Shown: positions 1 through 8,986 of the stretch, one piece after another
Layout of the letters: each line of letters starts with the position of its first letter
Position numbering within the stretch: the stretch's first letter is position 1
Source of the DNA: a virus
Taxonomy: Duplodnaviria > Caudoviricetes
Virus record (IMG/VR): IMGVR_UViG_3300048851_000169
Coordinates: 1-50,095 of that record
DNA: 50,095 nt
Direction: 5' to 3' (one strand)
Notes under the pieces: model-generated
Databases searched by the model: none
The model's input: the letters and a program-made list of their open reading frames with translations, nothing else
Told to the model about the DNA's origin: nothing
Made by a program: the position numbers and the translations under genes

Positions 1-222
1 GTGAAGTTCGCTGAAGATGGCGCCCGTTTCAGCGCGGCGCTTGAAGGCTTGGGGCACACGCAGGCCAGCTTCATCCGCTGGATGATGGAGCATGGAGACC
101 CGCGCAGCCTGCCGGCCTTGCAGCGGCAGATCGGGCGCCTTGCTCGCGGCGAGAGCGCTGTCAGCGGGGAGATGTGGGTGCTGCTGGGGATGCTACAGGC
201 GAAGAAGGCGGAGGCGGCTTAA
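1..222 (+). CDS. Small HTH-like DNA-binding protein
   Basis: 73 aa; pattern ALEGLGHTQASF...RQIGRLARGESAV resembles XRE/Cro-type HTH. Starts at the window edge (GTG). Confidence 0.5.
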   Translation: MKFAEDGARFSAALEGLGHTQASFIRWMMEHGDPRSLPALQRQIGRLARGESAVSGEMWVLLGMLQAKKAEAA

Positions 223-255
223 GGAAACGCCGCCTGCGCCAACTCTTCCGCCAGA

Positions 256-1005
256 TCAAGCAACGGGAAGGGCTCGGCTGGGCTTAGGCGTGTTGTTGGA
301 TATCCGCATGTTGTCCGCAGTCTCGGGCTTCTTGAGTGATTCGGGTTTCAAGCCAAGCGCCATGAACGCTTCGCGGTGGATGTGAACCGGCTCCGCATAG
401 ATTTGGCCAGGAGGCAAACCCTCGCGCTCGCCCCGGTCAGGCGCGACGATCATCCTGCCGCCTTCCAGTTCCCTGGTGGACGCAGGGCCGGCCGCGATGA
501 TCGCAACATTTACCTTCTTGCCCAGCTTGCTGCGGATCGCGTCCACCACAGCTTGCGGCTCCATATCCCCGTTCAGGTCGGCGTTGGTGCCGCCGTCCGG
601 TGTTGTCACCGGCCAACCTCGGCTGATTCCATTCAAAACGGCCAGGGGACGCTCTGACGAGGCGATATCCCGACGAAACCGCGCAAACAGGTAAGTGTAC
701 TTGGAATTAAGTTTCTCAATTCCCTCGTCAGTGATGACCTTCACGTGCGGTCCCACCCTGTCGAAGTCATGATGGTGGAGCACATTAAGGCGGCGATTGT
801 ATACAGAACCGCCATTCTCTGTAATGCAGAGATCGTCCCGAACGACATTTAACGAAAAGTCATGATCTAACATGCGCAACATCGACTTGACCGGCGTAAT
901 CCACCAATCAAAAGGCAGAGCGTACTGCGTCTGGAAATAGTCCCGGATGTTCCACGTATTGCGGCAACTGGGACCAAGACTTACCACAAGGTCCGGATCA
1001 TTCAT
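256..1005 (-). CDS. DUF1796-like putative papain-like cysteine peptidase
   Basis: N-terminal VSLGPSC, LPFDW and HHDF motifs typical of DUF1796; visibly lower GC than the phage core. Confidence 0.7.
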   Translation of the reverse strand: MNDPDLVVSLGPSCRNTWNIRDYFQTQYALPFDWWITPVKSMLRMLDHDFSLNVVRDDLCITENGGSVYNRRLNVLHHHDFDRVGPHVKVITDEGIEKLNSKYTYLFARFRRDIASSERPLAVLNGISRGWPVTTPDGGTNADLNGDMEPQAVVDAIRSKLGKKVNVAIIAAGPASTRELEGGRMIVAPDRGEREGLPPGQIYAEPVHIHREAFMALGLKPESLKKPETADNMRISNNTPKPSRALPVA

Positions 1006-1474
1006 CTAGGCTCTCCCGACGAAGGCTGGATCGCGTGTTCATCGGCTGATGAAGTATACGATCTGTTAATCTTCTGCCAGGGCAAACGTCCGGAAGGTGC
1101 AACTTTTGCGAGTGTTCGAGCCATGGGGGACACGGGCTGGTGCCAAATCACAGCCACGCCTCGCCGATAAGGCGTAATGGGTTAATTAGGACCGCACTTG
1201 CGGACAGACGTCGCTATGGTGACGAGGAATGGGAGATGCCGATGGCCGGTGGCGACTGAGATCAATATGAAACACCCCGCACCCATCCAATCTGGACAGC
1301 GGCAGAGGCTAGCCTTGCCATGCGGATGTTCAAGGCGCTCATGAATTCGCCGGCCATAGCTGAGGCTGTTCGCCCTGCCCTGCTAGAGGCGGTGGCGAAC
1401 CTGAATTCTGATAACAGTGTAGAGGCTACAGAGGCCCGGATGGCGCAGAAGCTGCTGTCGCGGGTGTGATCCGG

Positions 1475-2284
1475 TCACCCTACCCCGATGATCCGGTTCC
1501 GCATCCAGCCGTAGACGAACGCCTCCTGCGAGGCGTCGCCCTCCGCCAGCTGCAAATAGTGCCCGGCCTGGAATGCCCTGACGCACTCCAGCAGCACCTG
1601 CCGCCCTTCCGCGCCGCGGCGCTGGATGAAGGATTGCAGAGCCGCCCGGGTCAAGGCGCCGCATTTTCCGTCTACCTCGATGTCGGAATAGAGGGTGCCC
1701 TTGCCGTTCAGTACATTGAGCGCCCTCTGCAGCCAGCGGCCCGCCCGATCGGTACCGCAGTTGATCCCGGCATCCAGCAGTCGCTCGCCAAGCCCGGGAT
1801 CGATATCGTCAATGCCATCGAAGCCGGGCTGTGACCAATAAAAGAGGCGGTAGATATCGACCGCCGCGGCTCGGGGCATGTCCCGCATGGCTCCCCGATA
1901 CCCAGCGGCGCGGGCCCGGGCGATGGTGATGCCCCACATGGTCTCGCCGCCCCGGTCGTCCGGGTGGTTCGCATAGCCCCCTTCCCGGCCAATCGTCGGG
2001 TCGATCAGGACAGCGAAACGGTCACTGGTAGCCACGGGCACCTCCACAAGCCTGGGGAATGCCGGAGCCGCCGGCGCGGGATCTGGGCGGCCGGGAAGGA
2101 TCGGTCGATCCTCTCCCCAGCCCGTTTCGCCGACTGCTTGGATCGGGATGGCGGTGCTCTGGTGCGGGCCGTGGTCCCCAGGCCCCGGCTGCGGCTCAGG
2201 CTGGACGATGGGCGGTGCCGGCGGCGCGATAGGCGCCTCCCGCCCAAAGCCGAGCAAGGCGAGCAGGCGACTGAGGAGGCTCAT
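1475..2284 (-). CDS. Endolysin, glycoside hydrolase family 108 with C-terminal peptidoglycan-binding domain
   Basis: REGGYANHPDDRGGETMWGIT (EGGY motif), DAGINCG, LQRALN, DGKCG and FVYGWMRNR. Start at 2284 overlaps the upstream stop (ATGA). Confidence 0.92.
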   Translation of the reverse strand: MSLLSRLLALLGFGREAPIAPPAPPIVQPEPQPGPGDHGPHQSTAIPIQAVGETGWGEDRPILPGRPDPAPAAPAFPRLVEVPVATSDRFAVLIDPTIGREGGYANHPDDRGGETMWGITIARARAAGYRGAMRDMPRAAAVDIYRLFYWSQPGFDGIDDIDPGLGERLLDAGINCGTDRAGRWLQRALNVLNGKGTLYSDIEVDGKCGALTRAALQSFIQRRGAEGRQVLLECVRAFQAGHYLQLAEGDASQEAFVYGWMRNRIIGVG

Positions 2285-2682
2285 TGCTTGGGTGCCTCCG
2301 CGACGCCGACCTTGATTGTGGACAGCGCTCGATTGATTGCGCGCTCCGCCGCAGCCTGGTCGCCGCCCAGGACCTGCGCCGCATCCGGTAGGCCGCGCAC
2401 CAGCTCGGCCGCCTTCGCCTTGACGCTCACAGCGGGGTTGCCAGGGTCGGCAATCTCGGCGGCCGCGCCCTCCGCCACCTTGGTCCACCGGGCGAAAGCC
2501 TTGGTGGTGAGCCATTCGGTGATGGCCGCCTGCAGCTGCGGGCGCAGCCCCCATAACAGCCGGACAACCATGCCAATCATCCACGCCAGCATTGCCAGCA
2601 CGCCAGCGGCGAGCGCTATCACCGCCGCGCGCAGGGCAGAGACGCCCGCGACCACAGTCGGGTCGGTCATCAGCCAATCCAT
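2281..2682 (-). CDS. Putative holin-like membrane protein
   Basis: 133 aa with a long N-terminal hydrophobic segment; translationally coupled to the endolysin. Confidence 0.55.
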   Translation of the reverse strand: MDWLMTDPTVVAGVSALRAAVIALAAGVLAMLAWMIGMVVRLLWGLRPQLQAAITEWLTTKAFARWTKVAEGAAAEIADPGNPAVSVKAKAAELVRGLPDAAQVLGGDQAAAERAINRALSTIKVGVAEAPKQ

Positions 2683-2794
2683 GGCCGTATCTCCAGATTG
2701 TCAGCGGTTGCCGGTTACCGACCGGCAGCGGATATCGATGCGCAACTATTGTCGCTCCGCGATATTCTACCGTGGAGCGAAAGAGGGTTCGCGA

Positions 2795-2986
2795 ATGCCG
2801 CTGTCTCGCGTAGCGCGTACTTTGGTCTATGGAGCCTTCAAGCGAGGCAAAAACCCCAGCCTTGAGGCACCTGGCCTCCGCAGCTGGAGGGCCGATCTGA
2901 TCCGGATCCTCCGAGCGGCCGCACGGGACAGAGGCAGCAAGCGTCAGCCCGTCAGGGCAATTGATCGCGACCCTCCGTCAACCTGA
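2795..2986 (+). CDS. Small basic hypothetical protein (possible moron)
   Basis: 63 aa ORF preceded by AAGAGGG; opposite strand within the lysis region. Confidence 0.3.
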   Translation: MPLSRVARTLVYGAFKRGKNPSLEAPGLRSWRADLIRILRAAARDRGSKRQPVRAIDRDPPST

Positions 2987-3086
2987 CAGTGGCCGCTCGG
3001 CGATCTCATCGGAATCATCCAAACCGTTGCCGGAATGAGTAGCACCGTCCACCATGGGAGGTGCGACCCAGTCCGCGGAGGAACTG

Positions 3087-3329
3087 ATGATTCAGAATGA
3101 CGAGGAAGCCGCTCGCACGGACTGGCTAACCGCGCGGATAGCTGTTGTAATGGAAGTGATAGGCATCCTTTCAGCACGCACAGACCAAGCGACCCAGCAG
3201 CAGATTGATAAGGTCTTAGAAGCGTGGATCGTCGATCCTGAGACATTCGTCCCTGGAGTGAGGCCCCATGAAACGATTTGTGCCTCAGTCGATATGAAGA
3301 ACATCATCAGCGCTGGCCGTGACCACTGA
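3087..3329 (+). CDS. Hypothetical protein (moron)
   Basis: GGAGGA RBS before ATG 3087; 80 aa, lower GC, opposite strand to the lysis genes. Confidence 0.55.
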   Translation: MIQNDEEAARTDWLTARIAVVMEVIGILSARTDQATQQQIDKVLEAWIVDPETFVPGVRPHETICASVDMKNIISAGRDH

Positions 3330-3390
3330 CTGATGAGCTTCTTGTCGCCATCTGGCGTTGCGCGGCTTGTCCCAGGCCGCGCGCGGGATT

Positions 3391-3741
3391 TCAGGTCCGG
3401 GGCTTGGAGATCGGATCTTCCAGCCCTGGCAGCTCCGGCAGGCGGTCCTCGGAGGTGCCGCCCAGCCGCATGATCCGGTTGTTCGCGAGGTGCCGCTGAT
3501 CGTGGCAGTGGCCCCACCACCAGCGCGCTAGCCCCCACCCCCGATCTCGGTCTTCACGCAGTTCCTCGGCCTCGGCATCAAGCCGCGCGAGTTCCTTATC
3601 CTGGCGGGTGTCGAGCCGCGCGTCGCGTGAGGCACGATCGTCGGAGGATGCCTTCCACCTCGACGCGAGCCAGACGGAGCCCGCAGCAAAGGCTGGGATC
3701 CAGACTGACTTCCACCACTCCAGGCCTAGCCAGTCACCCAT
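3391..3741 (-). CDS. Membrane-anchored coiled-coil protein (lysis accessory, holin/spanin-like)
   Basis: N-terminal hydrophobic helix, then a charged heptad stretch (RQDKELARLDAEAEELRE); overlaps the upstream gene. Confidence 0.55.
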   Translation of the reverse strand: MGDWLGLEWWKSVWIPAFAAGSVWLASRWKASSDDRASRDARLDTRQDKELARLDAEAEELREDRDRGWGLARWWWGHCHDQRHLANNRIMRLGGTSEDRLPELPGLEDPISKPRT

Positions 3742-4315
3742 TCCGGTTTCCCCTCGCTCGCCAGACGGACAGAAGGTTGAACCCGGCGAAGCCTGCGTAG
3801 GTGACGATGCTGAGCGCTTGCGGCCCCTCGATACTTGTCCCGATCGAGAGCGTCAGACTGATCCAGAAGTAGCTTCCCAGGATCGAGACGGACCAACGCA
3901 GGTAGCTCCATTCCAGGATGAGCGCGTATCCCTTGAGGATGCCAAGCTGGAGGGCGAACAGCGCCCAGAAGCCCCAGTTCTCCAGCCCGGTCAGCATGCT
4001 GAACACTGCCAGGGCCACGAACGACATCATCACGAAGAACGAGATGCGCCCCTCGTAGCGTTCGCCCTCGCGCCATAGCTTCACCGCCGACCAGATGCCC
4101 GGCATGCAGAAAGCAATGACCCAGCCCTCGGGGCAGGGCATGTCGCGGAACCCGGCATAGGATGCGCGGGTCGCAAGACCATCCTGCGTGAGGGACGCGA
4201 CCACTCCGATGCCAAACGTCACCAGGGCTGCCCCTAGCTCGGTCAGATAGCGGTCGCGCTGCAGGACGCCAGCCAAGAACTCGAAGATGCTCCGGACGAC
4301 GCGTGGGGGGCTCAT
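3734..4315 (-). CDS. Multi-pass membrane protein (lysis region)
   Basis: 193 aa with about 5-6 hydrophobic segments. Confidence 0.65.
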   Translation of the reverse strand: MSPPRVVRSIFEFLAGVLQRDRYLTELGAALVTFGIGVVASLTQDGLATRASYAGFRDMPCPEGWVIAFCMPGIWSAVKLWREGERYEGRISFFVMMSFVALAVFSMLTGLENWGFWALFALQLGILKGYALILEWSYLRWSVSILGSYFWISLTLSIGTSIEGPQALSIVTYAGFAGFNLLSVWRARGNRNG

Positions 4316-4325
4316 GTCAGCCCCC

Positions 4326-5498
4326 TTAGCGATGGTTGTAAAAGCGCGAGCGTGCGACTTCGAGCGGGATGGGGCTACCGCCCGTGAACGGCGTCCACTC
4401 CAGCCAGTTCGGCATACCGGCGGGGTTCAGGAGGTAGGTCCGGCCGTTCCCCATCAGCGCCATGTGACTGATGTTGTCCTGGGTGGAAAGGGCGCCGAAC
4501 GAGGTCAGGTCGGTGCCGGCGCTGGCAACGCCATTGAGGTGGTCCAGATAGCGCAGACGGGTGTCGCGCAGCGGCGCCGCCACGGTGCGACCGTCCTGCA
4601 TGATATGGCCCGACAGGAACGGATTGGCGGTTGGACCGCCATGCGCGACATCTGCGTTGATCACATTGGAGTCCAGCAGCTCCTGCCGATAGAAACCAGC
4701 ATTCTGCGGGAAGCTAATCACCCGCCGCCCGCTGGGCGTCAGAACTGCGCCGACCTGCGCTACAGCGGCCCCGGTGAAAGCCGTCACCGTCTTGAGCCGG
4801 GTGTTGACGCGCCAGGAACCGCTGCTGGCCGCACCGATGGCCAGCAAATCACCGCCGGGCAGGAGCTGAAGCGTGCGGATGACAGCAGACGAGCCGGATG
4901 CGGGCTGCGTATAGGGCAGATCGACGACTTTCGTCGGCGCCGACATGGCCCGCCAGTCAAAGCGGTAGATGGCAGGCTCACGACCGGCGGCGAAGTAGAT
5001 AGCATCATCCGCACCCAGGCACTCTGCCGATACCGCCGGCATGGTGCCGGACGCGAAGCCGTGCGGCACCGGATGGGTCAGCTTCTTCTCGACATCGTCC
5101 CAGCGGGAGAAGGTGGCCGCCTGTGCCGGCATCATCCAGACCGCGGTATCCGGCGTCGCCAGGGCGCCGTGATAGGCGTTGGTGTTGCTGTTCGGCGCCG
5201 TCGTCGAGCCAGTGCCGTGGGTCGGACCGGCCTCGTAGGCATGCGTCGCACTGCGGTAGAACCCGATGGTGTGGTGATCCTCCGGGCAGAGGAAGAAGTC
5301 ACCGGAGGCCATCAGAAGGGCCTGCACGAAGGAGTAGGCGACCGATCCCGCCGGCTTCGCCGCGCCTACGACAATGGAGGCCGCACTGTCATCGAAAACT
5401 GCCCCCGTCTGCTGCGCCAGCATTCGATCCAGTTGAGCGCGGAACGGCATCCAGTTGGAGCCCTGGAAGCCGTTATGGGCCGAAATATTGCCTGCCAT
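4326..5498 (-). CDS. Tail-associated hypothetical protein, possibly beta-propeller
   Basis: AAGGA RBS before ATG 5498; 390 aa, beta-rich with recurring L(L/T)PxGx motifs; directly after the tail spike gene. Confidence 0.6.
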   Translation of the reverse strand: MAGNISAHNGFQGSNWMPFRAQLDRMLAQQTGAVFDDSAASIVVGAAKPAGSVAYSFVQALLMASGDFFLCPEDHHTIGFYRSATHAYEAGPTHGTGSTTAPNSNTNAYHGALATPDTAVWMMPAQAATFSRWDDVEKKLTHPVPHGFASGTMPAVSAECLGADDAIYFAAGREPAIYRFDWRAMSAPTKVVDLPYTQPASGSSAVIRTLQLLPGGDLLAIGAASSGSWRVNTRLKTVTAFTGAAVAQVGAVLTPSGRRVISFPQNAGFYRQELLDSNVINADVAHGGPTANPFLSGHIMQDGRTVAAPLRDTRLRYLDHLNGVASAGTDLTSFGALSTQDNISHMALMGNGRTYLLNPAGMPNWLEWTPFTGGSPIPLEVARSRFYNHR

Positions 5499-5509
5499 GG
5501 GTCTTGTCC

Positions 5510-7867
5510 TTACGAGGCGATGAGGGTTTGGACGATGGTGGCAGTGCCGCCGACGATACCGCTCTCCGTTGTCGCCAGGCACAGAATGTCTTTGATGTGC
5601 GAGGCGTCCTGACCGCGGCGGGTATCAAGGATCGCGTAAACATTGTCCCCGACGAAGGCGATGCCCGGATAGGAAGACGTTCCCGGATAGATGAGAAGCG
5701 AATAGGGCCAGGTCACGCCCTCATCGTCCGAGAAGTCGATCGTCAAGTTGGTCCGGCCGGGGTTGCTCTTATTCAGCACCCGAAAGAGACGGCCACTGGG
5801 ACTGCGACCCAACAGCGTGCGGCTGACAGCGTTCGGGAAGTCCAGCGGAGCCGGCGTGCTCCACGTCTTGCCATCCGGGCTGGTCATGGAATAGGTGCCC
5901 AGCGTCGTCCGCCGATAGGCCAGGAAGCCGCCGCCGGTCAGCGGAACAACCTGCGTCTCCATGTAGGTCCGGATCGAGGGATCGACATCGGGCTGCTTGC
6001 TCAGCCGTTCGATATACGGCAGCCCATCGATATCCAGGCCCATGCGGCAAAGAAAGGCGCCAGCCTCGATGACCGGGGTCGGGTTGAAGCCGCTGAAGGC
6101 CGACCAGCGATCCACCATCAGGAAGTTCTGCCCGAAGGCGTGCTCCAGCCGGTAGAACACGCCGTTGCCGAGCCAGGTGGCCGGGGTCGCGACGAAGGTA
6201 GACTTCGAGAGCGGGTTGTCGATGACGACGCCGAAGGTGCCCTGGAACGCGCTGTGGCCGCTGTTGTAGGCGGCGAAGGCGAACAGAACCAACTTCCCGT
6301 CGATGACGCCAAGCTGCGGGTCCGCAAGGCGGTCGGTGACGAAGGACGGTGGCACAAGCTGCGCCCGCTGGACCCATGTCGCGCCCTGATCGTCGGACGA
6401 ATACATGGCGATGTAGCTGCCAAGCTGTTCGCCGTTGGCGCCCGGGCCGCCGCCGGGGGTGTTCGGGTCGTAGGGCACGCCATCCCAGCAGATGAAGGCC
6501 GCCCAAAGCCGGGAACCCGTGGCCGTCCCTGCCGGGATCAGCTGATGGGTGCGCGGCGGCAGCGGCCGCATCGCTGGTCCTTGCAGGAAAATCGGCAGCG
6601 CACGCGGGAAGGATTCGTTGCGCGGCCGGGCGTAGCGTTGCAGCCCCACGCGCCCACCGCGTTCCACCAGCAGGTCGTTAGGCAACTGATAGTCGGCAGG
6701 GGGTGCATTCGGCGCAAGCGCGTCATTGCGCGTGTCGAACCCGAGGATTTCCTTCCTCCGGCCGAGGAAGCTGAAACCCCGGATCAGATCTGGCGGGAGG
6801 GGAGCCATTGAGTCTGGCCAATCGTGGATGACGATGGACGCGCCATCGGCGGCCACTGTGAGGGACGACCCGGCGGTGATCGACTTCCCCACGGCGAGGG
6901 TGTCGGACACCGAGGCGGCCTTGGTGACGGCCAGCGCCCCCGACACGGAGGCATCGCCGCCCATCGAAGTCTGTCCGGTGATGGTGGCACTGCCGGCGGT
7001 CAAGCCCGAGATCGTCGCCAGCGCAGCCTGGATGTCGTTGAACAGCGGGTTGAAAAGGGAGAGCTTCTTGGTGACCGGATCGAAGTCGATGATCTTGTCG
7101 TCACCGACACTGACGCAAAAGGGGACATCCGTTAGCGTGGACAGCGCGAAGTGCAGGCTCTCAGCCGAGAGGACCACCCGATCCCCGACCGAGATGTGCG
7201 GGGAGGTCACTCGATCGGAACCAATCGCAGGCAAGCGCATGATGCGGGTGACGGTGTCCATCAGCATCAGGATGCCCTTCGCATCCTCCATGCGGATGGC
7301 GTCGAGAACCGCCGTCTGCAACGCATGATACCACCGGCCATACGAGGTATCGACATTGAGGTCGTCAGAACCAAACAGGGAATCGCTCCCCGTTCGTCCC
7401 TGGTCCATTTGCTTTTCGCGAGCCGTCAGACGGCTGTCGAACGGCACCAGCGCGTTCGTGACGCCGCTCGCAACCTTGGACGCCACGACCTGATCCGAGT
7501 TGTCCCCGATCCGGTCCCAGCGGGCCGGCGCCGTGGACCAGGAGTAGATGCCTCCGTCCGAGACTACGGTGCCGCTGGCCGGGTCGTTGTGGGTCGTGCC
7601 CAGCAGCCCCACCACCTCACCACCCTGGCCCGCGAAGGTGCCCGGCTTGGCCTGCAGGTCGGCCCAGGACGTGGCCGTGATGCGGTCGCTGGTCTGCCCC
7701 TGCTCCAGAGCGGTGGCGCGGGTGTCGAGGCCGCCCAGCGCATCGGGCAGCCCGGCGACGTGCTCCGGCTGCAGGCCCAGGGGTGCGAGCTGGTCGGGGC
7801 GGAGGGCAGGAAACGGGCCGGCCGAGAACAGCGGCGACGCGATGGGAGTGCCCTGATCATCTGCCAT
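5510..7867 (-). CDS. Tail fibre/spike with C-terminal sialidase-like (BNR/Asp-box) domain
   Basis: Asp-boxes SSDDQGATW, SPDGKTW and SDDEGVTW; METQ, RRT, RTNL and SSYP motifs; N-terminal HVAGLPDAL tail repeat. Start overlaps the upstream stop (TGATG). Confidence 0.8.
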   Translation of the reverse strand: MADDQGTPIASPLFSAGPFPALRPDQLAPLGLQPEHVAGLPDALGGLDTRATALEQGQTSDRITATSWADLQAKPGTFAGQGGEVVGLLGTTHNDPASGTVVSDGGIYSWSTAPARWDRIGDNSDQVVASKVASGVTNALVPFDSRLTAREKQMDQGRTGSDSLFGSDDLNVDTSYGRWYHALQTAVLDAIRMEDAKGILMLMDTVTRIMRLPAIGSDRVTSPHISVGDRVVLSAESLHFALSTLTDVPFCVSVGDDKIIDFDPVTKKLSLFNPLFNDIQAALATISGLTAGSATITGQTSMGGDASVSGALAVTKAASVSDTLAVGKSITAGSSLTVAADGASIVIHDWPDSMAPLPPDLIRGFSFLGRRKEILGFDTRNDALAPNAPPADYQLPNDLLVERGGRVGLQRYARPRNESFPRALPIFLQGPAMRPLPPRTHQLIPAGTATGSRLWAAFICWDGVPYDPNTPGGGPGANGEQLGSYIAMYSSDDQGATWVQRAQLVPPSFVTDRLADPQLGVIDGKLVLFAFAAYNSGHSAFQGTFGVVIDNPLSKSTFVATPATWLGNGVFYRLEHAFGQNFLMVDRWSAFSGFNPTPVIEAGAFLCRMGLDIDGLPYIERLSKQPDVDPSIRTYMETQVVPLTGGGFLAYRRTTLGTYSMTSPDGKTWSTPAPLDFPNAVSRTLLGRSPSGRLFRVLNKSNPGRTNLTIDFSDDEGVTWPYSLLIYPGTSSYPGIAFVGDNVYAILDTRRGQDASHIKDILCLATTESGIVGGTATIVQTLIAS

Positions 7868-8943
7868 CAGAACGTGAACTCCTGCGTGATCGAGAGCGGA
7901 TAGGTCAGCACCCGGATGCGGTAGGAGACCGTCGCACCGGAGGCGTTGACGAGGCCGCGGATCGTGTCGGTAAAGTCCGTGGTGTCGGTGGAGCCGAACT
8001 TGACGGCGGTCGCGATGGCCCACGCCGCCGGCTGCGCGTAGACGACGTACTGCGCAGCCGGGCTGAGGGTGGCGGTCTTGCGCGGCGAGCTGGCCGTGGC
8101 GAACTCGCTGGCCATCGCCAGGATCGCCGCGTCATCAGGCGTGGCGCTGGCTGAGACGCCCCAGTAGCGCCGGCTCTGGAACGGCAGGGTCACCTGCCGC
8201 GTGGCGACGGCCACCTGCCCCGGCGGCGGGTTGGGATCGGTCACGGTCGCAGCCCAGACGGCGGCGGCGGTGAAGGGGCCGGTGACCGTCACGCTGGTCT
8301 GCCCGACGGGGATGGTCGCCGTGCTGGCTCCCGTGATCGATACCGGAAGGTCCATCCGGTTGCGCGTGACGGTCAGCACCACGGAGGGCACCGTCGCCCC
8401 AACCTCAGCCACGGCAGGCGCGGCCGTGAAGGCCGGGAGAACCGGCACCACGTAACTGGTCAGGGCCTCCAGGGCAGCGAGGCGCGGCGCCAACTCGCGA
8501 TAGGTCCAGCCGGATGCCGATGCGCCCGCCGCTGCTGCAGCAGCCAGAAACTCATTCCACTGGCTGACGGCAAAAGTCAGGCCGCTTGGTACGCCGTTGC
8601 TGGAGACATCGAACGCACCATCATACGCCGTGCGGATCGGGCCTTCGATGCCAACCCAGAAGGCATAGGTGTTCGAGAGCTCCGCCGGCACGACGAAGGT
8701 CAGAACGCCGGGAGCAAAGAGCGAAACTTCGGCAGGCTGACCGGCACTAACATCCGCGGCTGTGCCCGGGAGCCAGTAGAGCGCAGCAGGGACCGTGATG
8801 TTCTCGATGGGGGCGCCAGTGAGCGCGTTGGTGACATCCACGAATATCCGGACATCAGACCCGATGTTCACCCGGGCTCTGCGCGCCGTATTCACTGCGC
8901 CAATGCGCGCGCGCATCACCACTGCGGGGTAAGTGCCCGACAT
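7867..8943 (-). CDS. Minor tail/baseplate-like structural protein
   Basis: 358 aa, Thr/Val/Ala-rich Ig-like character; GGAGG RBS; located in the tail operon. Confidence 0.6.
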   Translation of the reverse strand: MSGTYPAVVMRARIGAVNTARRARVNIGSDVRIFVDVTNALTGAPIENITVPAALYWLPGTAADVSAGQPAEVSLFAPGVLTFVVPAELSNTYAFWVGIEGPIRTAYDGAFDVSSNGVPSGLTFAVSQWNEFLAAAAAAGASASGWTYRELAPRLAALEALTSYVVPVLPAFTAAPAVAEVGATVPSVVLTVTRNRMDLPVSITGASTATIPVGQTSVTVTGPFTAAAVWAATVTDPNPPPGQVAVATRQVTLPFQSRRYWGVSASATPDDAAILAMASEFATASSPRKTATLSPAAQYVVYAQPAAWAIATAVKFGSTDTTDFTDTIRGLVNASGATVSYRIRVLTYPLSITQEFTF

Positions 8944-8986
8944 GCGGTAACCTCCAGATCTTAGGGGTGGGGCAGTGCCCCGGTGG

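Noticed and set aside
1237-1469. Small + strand ORF (1320-1469) with an upstream in-frame stop, possible pseudogene
   Set aside because: Short, no clear RBS or homology evidence.
4287-6811. Long + strand ORFs (441 aa, 562 aa) and similar ones at 29422-31353, 31462-32850 and 41215-43032
   Set aside because: Antisense shadows of real genes in high-GC DNA; Arg/Gly-rich with no motifs.
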